A stretch of 64,000 nucleotides of DNA from Eledone cirrhosa. Taxonomy: Eukaryota. The stretch covers positions 25,668,001-25,732,000 of the forward strand of contig OZ024762.1 of assembly GCA_964016885.1 (NCBI GenBank), given 5' to 3'. Position numbers and translations under genes: made by a program. Shown here piece after piece: positions 39,196 through 51,917 of this stretch (positions are counted from its first letter, which is position 1; every line of letters starts with the position of its first letter). A model generated the notes under the pieces. It saw only the letters and a list, made by a program, of their open reading frames with translations. It was not told where the DNA came from and searched no databases.

Positions 39196-39944
39196 TATTA
39201 TTACTGCTGCTGTTGTTATTGTGGTTGTTATTACTGTTGTTATTTGCACTAAAGGTGAAGGTGTGGAGACTGTTAATAAGCAGGTGGTAATGAACGTAGC
39301 TTAAATTACTGTACACAACCACCTTGGGGTATATAAATGAACTGTCTTCTTCAGAGATATAAAAACTGGCAAATTGTAATAGTATCGTCATAAACAACAC
39401 AGTAATAACTGGGATAATGATACTAGCAATAGTAGTTCTAATACTACTAATGATAATGATAATAATAAGAAGAATGATGAGAAGAAAAAGAAGAAAAAGA
39501 AGAAAAAGAAGAGAAAGAAGAGAAATAATAGAAAAAAGAAAAAGAGAAATAATTACAAAAAGAAGAAAAAGATAGCGAAAAGTGAAAAATGAAGAAAAAA
39601 AAGCAAAAGAAAAATAAGAGAAATAATTGCAAGAAGAAGAAGAAGAAGAAGAAAAAGAAAAAGAAGAAAAAGAAGAAGAAAAAGAAGAAGAAGAACAAAA
39701 AGAAGAAGAAAAAGAAAAAGAAAAAGAAAAAGAAAAAGAAAAAGAAGAAGAATGATAACAATGATGATAATAATGAGACTCGCTATCAATGTTATCGTTA
39801 TCATCATCATCATCGCCATCACCAACATCAACTTCAATATTATCATCGCCTGCATCTTTATAATCATCATCATCATCACCATCATCTCCACAATAATCGT
39901 CGTCGCTACAAATAACACCTTTATCACCATCACCACTATCACCA

Positions 39945-40640
39945 CCACCACTATCACCACCACCACCGCCGCCACCACCAATGCCAGCTTTATCGTCATC
40001 ACCATCACCACTATCACCACCACCACCACCGCCGCCACCACCAATGCCAGCTTTATCGTCATCACCATCACCACTATCACCACCACCACCACCGCCGCCA
40101 CCACCAATGCCAGCTTTATCGTCATCACCATCACCACTATCACCACCACCACCACCGCCGCCACCACCAATGCCAGCTTTATCGTCATCACCATCACCAC
40201 TATCACCACCACCACCACCATTGACAGCTTCATCATCATCTCCACCACCACCACTATCATCCCCACCACCGCCGCCACCACCAATGACAGCTTCATCATC
40301 ATCTCCGCCACCACCACTATCATCCCCACCACCGCCGCCACCACCAATGACAGCTTCATCATCATCTCCACCACCACCACTATCATCCCCACCACCGCCG
40401 CCACCACCAATGACAGCTTCATCATCATCTCCGCCACCACCACTATCATCCCCACCACCGCCGCCACCACCAATGACAGCTTCATCATCATCTCCACCAC
40501 CACCACTATCATCCCCACCACCGCCGCCACCACCAATGACAGCTTCATCATCATCTCCACCACCACCACTATCATCCCCACCACCGCCGCCACCACCACC
40601 AATGACAGCTTCATCATCATCTCCACCACCACCACCACCA
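39945..40640. repeat. 60-63 bp (ACC/ATC)-derived minisatellite in two variant blocks
   Basis: aatgccagcttt units followed by aatgacagcttc units. Confidence 0.9.
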
Positions 40641-40906
40641 CACTCACCATCGACTTAACCATTACGCCTACCAACATTGTATGAAATATCCATCAACATA
40701 ACTAAGATAGACATATTGGTCTGTTTTAGACACGTAGTCAACACTTTTAGGAGAAGGGGAAGTCGATTAACTCGACCCCAGTACGTTACTGGTACTTCAT
40801 TTTATCGACCTCATAATGATAAAAGGCAAAGATAACGCCCAGATATTGTGAAATTCAATAAAGAGGAAATGGTGTTTGGTTTAAACGATAGTACTTGTCT
40901 GTTTGA

Positions 40907-41545
40907 TACGAAAAGACGCTGAAAATATAATGGCCACCTGAAAATTTCATAGGCTGAGTATGAAGTGATGCTAGAGCTGTGAAATCTTGCATGCTTTAAT
41001 TTCAACTCTTATTAATAACTGCATTGTTTCTTTCCAGGGACTATGTTGAAAAATAAACCTCATTTGGTCATTCCATGAGAGTAACTTGGTCAGCCTATGA
41101 AGAAGTGATGCTAGGGCTGTGAAATCTTGCATACATTAATTTCAACTCTTCTTATTAATAACTACATTGTTTCTTTCCCAGGGACTATGTTGAAAAATAA
41201 ACTTCGTTTGGTCATTCCATGAGATTATCTCGGTCAGCCTATGAAGGAGTGATGATAGAGCAATGAAATCTTGCAGGCATTAATTGCAACTCTTATTAAA
41301 ACTATTGCTTCTTTCCAGGGACTATGTTGAAAAATAAAACTGATTTTAGTCATTCCGTATATGTATATACGAGATGGACCGAAAAGTTCATAGGCTAAGT
41401 ATGAAAGAGTGATGCTAGAGTTATGTAATCTTACATGTATTAATTTCAACTCGTCTAAATAACTGTAGGGACTATGTCGAAAATATACCACATTTGGTCA
41501 TTCGATGAGAGTATCTTGGTCAGCCTATGACCTTTTCAGACTAAG
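40907..41545. mobile_element. Array of about 4 mariner-type MITE units, partly tandem
   Basis: Repeated gtgatgctagagctgtgaaatcttgcatg...agggactatgttgaaaaataaac...ggtcagcctatga; same family as 62392-62580. Confidence 0.75.
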
Positions 41546-41904
41546 AACATTTGAGCCTCGTAGAAAAGCAAAACCAATACCCCAAAAGAAACAAAAACAA
41601 GATTTAAAATGCAGTGGGTTTGGAATTACCGTAAAATGATCGTCCTATGTGACAGGAACCCAAATGATATTGGCAAGAATTTTACAAACGTCGGTTGGAA
41701 ATGTTGGAAATCGAGATTAATTTCCTGAATCTAGAGAAAGCTTGTTTGTTTGGCAGAGCAAATCATGAAAGACGCGAAATATACTCGATATGCACTAGGC
41801 TGCAGGATACAGATTGATATCTGGCAATCCAATTTGATATCTGGCTTTCCGATACCAACGGAGCAACGAGGAAATACTGAATGAAATAATATGTTAATAA
41901 CAAT

Positions 41905-42492
41905 GAAGCAGGTTATACTGGGTTAGATGGTAGCAGTGGCAGGCAGAAGCCTGACCAGACAGGGTCTAATGGTGGAGCCTGTTTAGTCACCGACCATGGT
42001 TCTAATGGGAAACATGGTACCAGTAACAGGTTGTTCTGGGTCACACTGTACCAGTAGCAGGCAGAAGCCTGACCTGACAGGGTCTAATGGTGGAGCCTGT
42101 TTAGTCACCGACTATTTAACCATGGTTCTAATGGGAAACATGGTACCAGTAACAGGTTGTTCTGGGTCACACTGTACCAGTAGCAGGCAGAAGCCTGACC
42201 TGACAGGGTCTAATGGTGGAGCCTGTTTAGTCACCGACTATTTAACCATGGTTCTAATGGGAAACATGGTACCAGTAACAGGTTGTTCTGGGTCACAGAA
42301 GCCTGACCTGACCAGACGGGCTGGGTGTGGAGCCTGTTTAGTCACCGACTATTTAACCAGGTTGTACTGGGTTAGATGGTAGCAGGAATAGGCAGAAACC
42401 TGACCAGACGAGACCGGAGCAGCAGGTTTAGTCACCAACTATTTGACCATGAAGTATGTTGTAGTGGGTTAGATGGTAGCAGCAGCAGGCAG
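41905..42492. repeat. 126-bp tandem repeat with diverged flanking partial units
   Basis: catggttctaatgggaaac at 41995, 42121 and 42247. Confidence 0.9.
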
Positions 42493-42769
42493 GAACTGGG
42501 TCTTTATAAAAGAGGCTAACTACGATAAATATGACATATTGTACTCTAGTGAATAGGCCACGACAGACCTGGGGTATAAATTATACACAAAGTAGCTTTT
42601 ACTAATGAGATGGGGGGGGGGGGTAAGAGAAAGTGGGGGAGTGTTGATGAGAGGGAGGGAGGGGAGTGCTTATAAGAAAGAGAGGGGATATAAGGTAGAG
42701 AGAGAGGGGAGACGGAGGGAGGATTGATAAGAGAGAGGGGGAGATGGGGAGTGTTGATAAGAGAGAGAC

Positions 42770-42814
<45 letters not shown>

Positions 42815-43156
42815 CAGAGAGAGAGACAGAGAGAGAGAGAGTGGGAGAGAGAGAGTGGGAGAGAGAGAGTGGGAGAGAGAGAGTGGGAGAGAGAGAGAGT
42901 GGGAGAGAGAGAGTGGGAGAGAGAGAGAGGGAGAGAGAGAGAGAGAGAGAGAGAGGAATCAATAATCTACTTTTTGCATCAACCTTCTGTCACGTGTGAA
43001 ATTCGATTTTTAATTATTCCCTCCAATAGTCAGCCATGTTGTCATTAATTGTTGTTGCTGTTGTTGTTGTAAACGTTAGTGTTATTATAGTGTTGTTGTT
43101 GTTATTTTTGAATTTGTTCAATGATGATGATGATGATGTTGATAATAATAATAATA

Positions 43157-45320
43157 GACACAAGGCCAGTAATTCTGAAAGAGGAGAAAATCGATTAATT
43201 CGATCCCAGTGAATTACTGGTACTTTATTTTATCAACACAGTAAGGATAAAAAGTAAACCTAACCTCGGCGGGATTTGAACTCAGAACATAAAGGGACGT
43301 AACTATGCGCAAAGTGTGCCCAACGCTCTACTGATTCTGCCACTCTACCGTTATGATGACTTCTACAGGGCAGTGGATTGGCAGAATCGGTAGAGGGTCG
43401 GACACTATGCTTTGACGCATAGAGTTACGGCCCTTGACATTCTGAGTTCAAATCCTGCCGAGGTTAACTTTGCCTTTCATACTTACGGGGTCGATAAAAT
43501 AAAGTACCAGTAATACACTGGGTCTTTGCTGGCCTTGTGCCTAACGTAGAAACAGTTATAATGACTTCTACTATAAACAAAAGACCAGCAATTTAAAAGA
43601 AAGGAATAAGTCGATTAAATCAACCCAGTGCATTACTGGTACTTTATTTTTATCGACCCCACAAAGATGGAAGACTCAGCTAACCACAGCGGGATTTGAA
43701 CTCAGACGTAAAGGACCGTAACTCTATGCCGCAAAGCATATTGTCCGGCGCTCTACCGATTCTACCAATCCACCGACCTACTCCCTCCTCTAATAACAAT
43801 GGTAATTAAATAATCACATTCAAACTAATTGCTGCATAAGTGTACCTAGACATATTAATAATTGTTTCTACTTTTGACACAAGGCCAGCAATAACCCAGT
43901 GTATTACTGGTACTTTATTTTATCGACCCCGTAAGGATGAAAAGCAAAGTTAACCTCGGCGGAATTTAAACTCAGAACATAAAGGGCCATAACTCTATGC
44001 TACAAAGCATAGCGTCTGCCGATACTGCCAATCCACCACCCTACTCCCTCCTGCAATAATAATTGTTTCTATTTTAGGCACAAGACCAGCAATAACCCAG
44101 TACATTACTGGTACTTTATTTTATCGACCCCGTAAGGATGAAAGGCAAAGTTAACCTCGGCGGGATTTGAACTCAGATCATAAAGGGACGTAACTCTATG
44201 CTTCAAAGCATGGTGTCCGACTCTCTACCAATACTGCCAATCCACGGCCTTCCTGCAATAATAATGATTTCATTTATTGGCCAGAAGGGCCGACATATAG
44301 GGGACAATACAATAGACGGGGACAGTGGGGGGGTTTCACAAAAATCGAGGGAGGGTAACCACCCAGAATAGATTCAGGTAACCCACCAATCCTAAACCAA
44401 CCTGTAATCATAATAATAATAAAGTAAGGAGTGCGGGACTCCGTCACGAATATATTTTTTTTATCCCGTTAGTAAAATAAGTTGTATTACTTTGAATAAA
44501 TAATTGTTTCTACTTTAGGCACAAGGCCAGCAATTACCCAGTACATTGCTGGTACTTTATTTTATCGACCCCGTAAGGATGAAAGGCAAAGTCAACCTCG
44601 GCGGGATTTGAACATAAATTATGTAATATTCATTCATTACTTTGAATAAATAATAAATGAATATTACATAATTTATGTACTATATTTCGTAGCTGTTGAT
44701 TAAACATAAATATTCTTATATATAATGATAGCTTATTTTAAGATTCACTTCTTTTAAAATTTTCAAATGTCAATACTTCCGGTTATGATATAACGGATGC
44801 TATATTATATCGCTTATATAATCGTTCATGTATTTGCAGCGTTATATCAAAACGTGTAAGAACTCTACACATGCTAGCAGAAAACCACCCATCGGGTGGT
44901 TTTCTGCTAGTAATAATAATAATTGTTTCTACTTTCGTCACAAGGCCAGAAAAAACCCAGTGTATTACTGGTACTTTATTTTATCGACCCTGTAAGGATG
45001 AAAGGCAAAGTTAACCTCGGCACGATTTGAACCCAGAATGTAAAGGGTCATAACTCTATGCTGCAATCATGGCGTCCGACCCTCTACCGATACTGCCAAT
45101 CCACCACCCTGTAATAATAATTGTTTCTACTTTTGGTACAAGGCCAGCAATTACCCAGTGCATTACTGGTACTTTATTTTATCGACCCCGTAAGAATGAA
45201 AGGCGAAGTTAACCTCGGTGGGATTTAAACTCAGAACGTAAACCGCCATAACTCTGTGCTCCAAAGCATGGTATCTGACGCTCTACCGATTACTGCCAAT
45301 CCACCACCCTAATCCCTCCT
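43157..45320 (-). mobile_element. Stack of 8 tRNA-derived SINEs (7 minus; 43367-43560 plus) with a Tx1 3' fragment at ~44256-44410
   Basis: Repeated ctggtactttattttatcgaccccgtaaggatgaaaggcaaagttaacctcggcgggatttgaac cores. Confidence 0.9.
44874..44910 (+). mobile_element. Helitron-like 3' terminus forming a long hairpin
   Basis: ctagcagaaaaccaccc atc gggtggttttctgctag followed by t; same motif at 54252-54288. Confidence 0.6.
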
Positions 45321-45321
45321 G

Positions 45322-45329
<8 letters not shown>

Positions 45330-45353
<24 letters not shown>

Positions 45354-45687
45354 GATTTCATTTATTGGCCACAAGGGCCGACATGTAGGGGACAATACAA
45401 AGACAGGAACAGTGGGGGGGGGGGTTTACAATAAGGTCGAGTAAAAGTGCACAATGGCAAGACTAATTCAACAATGAAAATATAAAATAAACTATGCATA
45501 ACTATAACAAAATAAATTCACCAATATGGGGGGGGGGGGACCCAGGCGTGACTAAGGTACCCCACCAACCCTGAACCACCCTGCGCATCTAGGACACCTG
45601 GGGAGAGCAACCCCTCTCCTCCTCAAATTAGTCAGCCTATAAGCGCATGGTCAGAGTCGCCCCACTCACACGGGCCATTCTCGCCAC
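45330..45687 (-). mobile_element. Tx1-type LINE 3' fragment
   Basis: Minus strand VARMARVSGATL (compare VNVARMVRVNG at ~5760), 3' UTR and (ATT)n tail. Confidence 0.85.
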
Positions 45688-45789
45688 AATTAAATAATCA
45701 TATTCAAACCAATTGCTGGATAAGTGTACCTGGGCATATAATATTCTTCATTTACAATAGTGAGCAAATGGTGTCCCATGTGCTGGCCT

Positions 45790-45925
45790 CCGGAGAGCGA
45801 CCGGTACTTGGAGAGGTTGGCTTCCTCAGCCCTACGTGCAGCAGTACCTGGGTTAGCCGCAGACTGCATCAGGTTGCGACTGGAGAAAGTGTCGCTGCAA
45901 GTGGCATCCTAGACGAGGGACTGGT
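45790..45925 (-). pseudogene. Restriction-like endonuclease relic of a CRE-type non-LTR retrotransposon
   Basis: SLV*DATCSDTFSSRNLMQSAANPGTAARRAEEANLSKYRSL resembles L.WD.TC.DT...S...G.AA..AE..K..KY..L. Confidence 0.6.
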
Positions 45926-46829
45926 ATAAAAATGTGTCCGGAAACGTAAAATACTATTTCAATATTTCCAGAAAAATTCTATCTGACTCGTGACGTATAT
46001 CACTTCAGAATTCGTAGGTTAGATTTTGATAAGCAAAGAACAGGAGATAGATTACAAAATATTGCTTACGAAAAAGTAACATTGAAACTTCGAATGTCTT
46101 AAGACGCCACCAAAACTGTCTATTATGTCATTTATCGGTAGAAACCGTTACACATATCACAAGCATATGTCTAAACGTATCGTCAAAAGATGACCTTCCA
46201 ATGTGGCATTTTATTTTTGTTAAAACAATATCAACTGTCATCCGGAAATATATCTAAAGTATATTTCTGTCGTTGGAGATATTCATGTATTCTAACATAA
46301 AGCATATTGGTAGAATATTTCACATCAAAATATCCATTAAATGCTGACAAAATATCTCCGATATAGCAATTTGAAAGAGAAAACAGCACTTATGGACTTG
46401 CAGCAGATATCGGCTGCTCTGCAGATGCGAACATTTCTTACGAAATCAATGATAAAATCTAATTTATGGACGATTGCTTCTAAACTTACAGTATCTCTAC
46501 ACAGATTATAAATTTAAATTTCCCCATAAATACTGGCATATGAAAATATCAAAACTGAAAAGCAGGTGTGGTTGTGTAGGAAAAGTCGGTCTCTTGGCCG
46601 TAAGTTTGGTTCCAGATTCGATACGGCTATACAACTTAAGTAAATGTCTTCCATCGCAGTTAATTAAGGCCTTACTGGTGGAATTTGTCTTTTTTTTTCT
46701 TCTTCACCCACTGATTACTGAGAGGGTCATAGGGAAAGAGTCCTCAAACGCTCATTCCAGCGGGTCCTGTTAGAAACAACCGACTCCAACTGATCCAGCA
46801 GGATCGCTAAGCGTGACCAAGGCAAGCTC

Positions 46830-47072
46830 ATGAGATCACAGTTCAGGCATTACGGGCATGTAGTTAGAATGTCTCAGGAAAGAATCGCTGGACAGGTTTT
46901 ATAGGCAAAACCAGCCTAGTAGGAGACCCACGTACAAGATAGTTAGATAACAATCATGAGCTCAGCTGGGGTCGCTTGGGAAACTAGCCAAATCAATGGA
47001 GACATTTGATTCTGACAGGACCCGCTAGAAGGCGTGTTTGAGGACTCTACTCCCAAAGACACTTGCAGGAAT
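46830..47072 (+). mobile_element. RTE-type LINE 3' relic
   Basis: RSQFRHYGHVVRMSQERIAGQVL*AKP...PRTR*LD. Confidence 0.7.
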
Positions 47073-47084
47073 ACATTTTCCAAG

Positions 47085-47500
47085 AATAATAATTATTTCT
47101 ACTTTTAGCACAAGGCCAGCAATCAACCAGTACATTACTGGTACTTTATTTTTTCGACCCCGTAAGGATGAAAGGCAAAGTTATCCTCGGCGGGATTTGT
47201 ACTCCGACCGATGTTTATGTAATAATGTTGGGAAAATATTTTGTTTTCATTATGCTCCCCCGGCCTTTGACCTTGCAGAATGTCTATTGTGATGGTCTCA
47301 CTATCGTAAGGTTGGGAGTTCGATTCCCTGGACAGGATGGCATATTGTATCCTTTACGTTCTCAGTTCAAATCCCGCCGAGATTAACTTTGCCTTTCATC
47401 CTTACTGGGTCGATAAATTAAAGAACCAGTAATGCACAGGGGTCGACTTAATCGACTTTCTCCTCTCCCTAAATTACTGGCCTTGTGCCTAAAACAGAAT
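47085..47500. mobile_element. Two SINE fragments (47085-47205 minus, ~47355-47500 plus)
   Basis: SINE core and tail sequences. Confidence 0.85.
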
Positions 47501-47634
47501 CCATTTTTACATAAGTCTTTATTGCTTTTAACTATATTCCATCGTTGGAGATTTGTCTCCCAGTTAGAAATATGCAATTTGTGTTGGAAGGAAGATTTAT
47601 AAGGACAAAGGAACCAACAGTAAGACATTATGTG

Positions 47635-47700
<66 letters not shown>

Positions 47701-47817
47701 AATGTATATGTGTGTGTGTGTGTGTGTGTGTACGTATGTTTATGTATATGCATTCATATATTCGAAAATGTTTTCCTCAAAATAGTTCTTAAATATATAA
47801 TATATCTATACAAGCAT

Positions 47818-47851
<34 letters not shown>

Positions 47852-47919
47852 AACGCCTTTTCAGGAATATCTAAAATACCTATACGCAATTTCGTGGCTC
47901 GATATATATATATATATAT

Positions 47920-47967
<48 letters not shown>

Positions 47968-48561
47968 GAAAATACATACTAACATACATATATATACACA
48001 CTCACACACATACATATACCTACACACACACACATATACTATAATACCTATGCGTAATTTAAATATGGGAACATACATACGCAAATACAAATATACACTC
48101 ACGTATATACATACATACATGCATGCCTGCCTATAGATATATACACACAAATGCATATACCTGCATAGACGTACATGCATATATCCCTACCTACATACAT
48201 ACATACATCCCTACATACATACACACATACATACCTACATATATGCATATCCCTATGTATATATATATATACATATATATACATATATACATATTTATAC
48301 ATATACATATATATTTATACATATATATATATTTATACATATATATATACATATATTTATACATATATATATACATATATATATATATTTATACATATAT
48401 ATATACATATATATATTTATACATATATATATATTTATACATATATATATACATATATATATATTTATACATATATATATACATATATATATATTTATAC
48501 ATATATATATACATAAATATATATATTTATACATATATATATACATATATATATATATTTA

Positions 48562-48595
<34 letters not shown>

Positions 48596-48597
48596 CA

Positions 48598-48629
<32 letters not shown>

Positions 48630-48644
48630 CATATATATACATTC

Positions 48645-48733
<89 letters not shown>

Positions 48734-48742
48734 CATAAATAT

Positions 48743-48777
<35 letters not shown>

Positions 48778-48782
48778 TATAC

Positions 48783-48848
<66 letters not shown>

Positions 48849-49339
48849 GTATGTATATATATATATACATATATATATATATGTATGTATATATATATAT
48901 ATACATACACATACATGCATACACCTCTATATACGTACGTTCCTACATATATACCATATATATATATATACATATATACATATATATATATATATCGTTG
49001 TGTAGAGCAGAGAAGAGTGTAAGCCAGAGTTTGATAGCTCGATATAGACATCTTTGTCATTGTGACAAAGCAGATGCCATGAATACGCCAGATGCCAGAA
49101 ATACTAGCTGAGAAGCTCCGAACGTAAAATGCCATTAGGTTAGAGAAAGATTTAAGAAATGACATATTTTAAGTTGAATCTATCTTAACTGACAGACATA
49201 ATGTGTTCCTATATCAACTAATATATATCATTGTGTATACATGCCCCTCACTCATTTCTCTCTCTCCCTCTCTGCCATACAGACTATATATATGTATATA
49301 TATATGTGTATATATATATATATATAGTAATAATAATAT

Positions 49340-49576
49340 ATTTGAAGACTAAAATCCAAAGAGGGCTCGGTAAGGATAAATATATATCAGATATATAAGA
49401 ACCGTAGAGCAAATATTTATTAAAATAACAGATAAAATTTAGGCAAAGAATCGCTGCTTTCACCCTTAGCGGGATCTTCTGAAACTAACCTTCTGAAACT
49501 AAGGTTAGTTTCAGAAGATCCCGTTAAGGGTGAAAGCAGCGATTCTTTGCTTAAACTTAAATCTATTATTTTAATA
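49340..49576. mobile_element. Fold-back element with two inverted CAGAAGA hammerhead-fold copies
   Basis: ~160 bp palindrome 49418-49576 centred near 49496; tail 49340-49418 matches the reverse complement of 27751-27835. Confidence 0.85.
49507..49557 (+). ncRNA. Type-I hammerhead-fold motif with variant core CAGAAGA (stems intact)
   Basis: AGTTT-CAGAAGA-TCCCGTTAAGGGT-GAAA-GCAGCGATTCTTTGC-TT-AAACT. Confidence 0.75.
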
Positions 49577-49762
49577 TATTTATATATATATATATATATA
49601 TATAAATATGTATATATATATTACCCACTCCCTCGCTATCTCTCACACACGCACACGCTCTCTATATATATCTCACCCTATCTCTCTATGTATATATATA
49701 TATATATAATAATAATAAAATGACAGTAGGCTGGACTTGTGTAAATCCTTGAAAGGTTTATT

Positions 49763-49820
49763 ATACTATGATCATTTCAATGACCGGGTTCCGTATGAAT
49801 CCGGTGATATCATCAGGTAT
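49763..49820 (-). ncRNA. Type-I hammerhead ribozyme
   Basis: ATAC-CTGATGA-TATCACCGGATTCATACGGAACCCGGTCATT-GAAA-TGATCA-TA-GTAT. Confidence 0.85.
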
Positions 49821-51614
49821 TCGAAATATAATAAATGAATGTAATAGATAAAATCCATGGGTCTGAAAATCAAAGACATTTGGACACCGACCATCTAGCA
49901 TCTTCCACTTTAGCCGGTCGCTCTCAAGTGCTGGCTATTCGGTCTACTTGAGGCTATCTGGTGAGGGGGGTAAGGCTTATAGTGTGCTACTACCCTCCCG
50001 GTCAAATAGAAGAAAAACAGAAAGGGAGAGGAAGATAAGTCAGCGTTAATATCATGCTACTCGGAAAAAGACAGAAAGATGGGGGAAGCAAAGGAAGAAG
50101 AAGAAAAGTCATCTTTACTGTCGAGCTACAAGAAAAAAGAGAGAAAGAAAGAGGAAGAAAAGTCCGTACTAATGTCAAGCTAGTCAGGCCAGGAATGGCG
50201 CGAAAAAAATGTATTCTAAAGGAACCGTATCTTAACAGAGGTATATATTATAACAGAAGTGGGGGTCTGCATGTTATAATGTGTGAGCAGAAGATTGGAA
50301 TGTTAAATTTTTGTTTAGGATGAAGTTACAAAAACTTTATATTTAATATTAACATTATAAAATTAAAGAAATTAGAAAATTGAAATTTAAACAGTTTAAA
50401 ATTTTTAAGGTTTTGGTTGCGAGGTTTAAGTAAAGAAAGAGTCTTTTATGAAGAAACTTAAATTGTATTATAGAGTAAAGATGATAACTTTGTTTAGTAT
50501 CAAACAGCATCCGGCGACTGCAGGCTCCGGCCAGCCCATCCTAACCGCGTGTCAGCCCTTCCGAGTGAGATCGCTAATCGAAAGATATGGAAATTAATTT
50601 TTCCAAGCACTCTAGGAATGTATAACAGGCTTCAGGTGCGCCAGTGGGAAGTCAACCCTCATCGTTAGGCCATCCTTGTACCAAACCAGTACTATTAATT
50701 TACCCAGGAGGGGGATTTGTTTAAGTAGAGGGAGGCATGATACATCTAATAGTTAGGATTAGGTCTACAATTTAAAGGTACTATATGCCGGTTAAAAAAC
50801 CGGCTGCGCGCCGGGCCCCTGGGGCGAATCAATCCGCTCCGAGTAGTTTCATTTACCGAAAGAAGGGGAAATTTACTTTTCCAAGCACTCAAGGTAGGCC
50901 TATGCGCCAGGAGGCCGGTCCCGCAGCCAGGAAAACCAACCCAACAGTCCGACAGAAAATTGGAACGTTAAATTATCGTTTAGATTTATAGGATGAAGTT
51001 ATAAAATTAAAGATTAATATTATAAAATTAAAGAGTTAGAAAATTGAAAATTATACAGTTTTAAACTTTTTTAAGGTTTTGTGTTGCGAGGTTTAGTTAG
51101 AGAGAGAGTCTTTTTAGTTAAACAAAAATTTAACGTTCCAATCTTCTGCTCACACATTATAACATGCAGACCCCCACTTCTGTTATAATATATACCTCTG
51201 TTAAGATACGGTTCCTTTAGAATACATTTTTTTCGCGCCATTCCTGGCCTGACTAGCTTGACATTAGTACGGACTTTTCTTCCTCTTTCTTTCTCTTTCT
51301 TCTTGTAGCTCGACAGTAAAGATGACTTTTCTTCTTCTTCCTTTGCTTCCCCCTTCTTTCTGTCTTTTTCCGAGTAGCATGATATTAACGCTGACATATC
51401 TTCCTCTCCCTTTCTGTTTTTCTTCTATTTGACCGGGAGGGTAGTAGCACACTATAAGCCTTACCCCCCTCACCAGATAGCCTCAAGTAGACCGAATAGC
51501 CAGCACTTGAGGGCAACCGGCTAAAGTGGAAGATTCTAGATGGTCGGTCGTCCTCCGGTCTTTGATTTTCAGCCCCATGGATTTTATCTATTACATTCAT
51601 TTATTATATTTCGA

Positions 51615-51672
51615 ATACCTGATGATATCACCGGATTCATACGGAACCCGGTCATTGAAATGATCATAGTAT
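51615..51672 (+). ncRNA. Type-I hammerhead ribozyme, identical inverted copy
   Basis: ATAC-CTGATGA-TATCACCGGATTCATACGGAACCCGGTCATT-GAAA-TGATCA-TA-GTAT. Confidence 0.85.
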
Positions 51673-51863
51673 AATAAAACTTTCAAGGATTTACACAAGT
51701 CCAGCCTCCTGTCATTTTATTATAATATTTAACTCCGTACTAGCACCACTAACTACAAAAATGAAGACGATTGAACTGCTTTACGTTGAGTACTCTCCAT
51801 ATTATTACATTAAGATTGACCACACGGAATTGACCAGCTCTATCCAGTGGTGAACCTCAAACC

Positions 51864-51917
<54 letters not shown>

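Larger units (their letters stand above)
49711..51868. mobile_element. ~2.15 kb non-coding PLE-like element with ~600 bp inverted arms, each carrying a hammerhead
   Basis: 49711-50316 is the reverse complement of 51120-51722; right arm continues ~145 bp to (AT)n. Confidence 0.85.

Noticed and set aside
41996-42382. 128-aa repetitive Cys/Gly ORF
   Set aside because: It is a 126-bp tandem repeat with no homology I recognise, and the frame is not kept in the flanking diverged units
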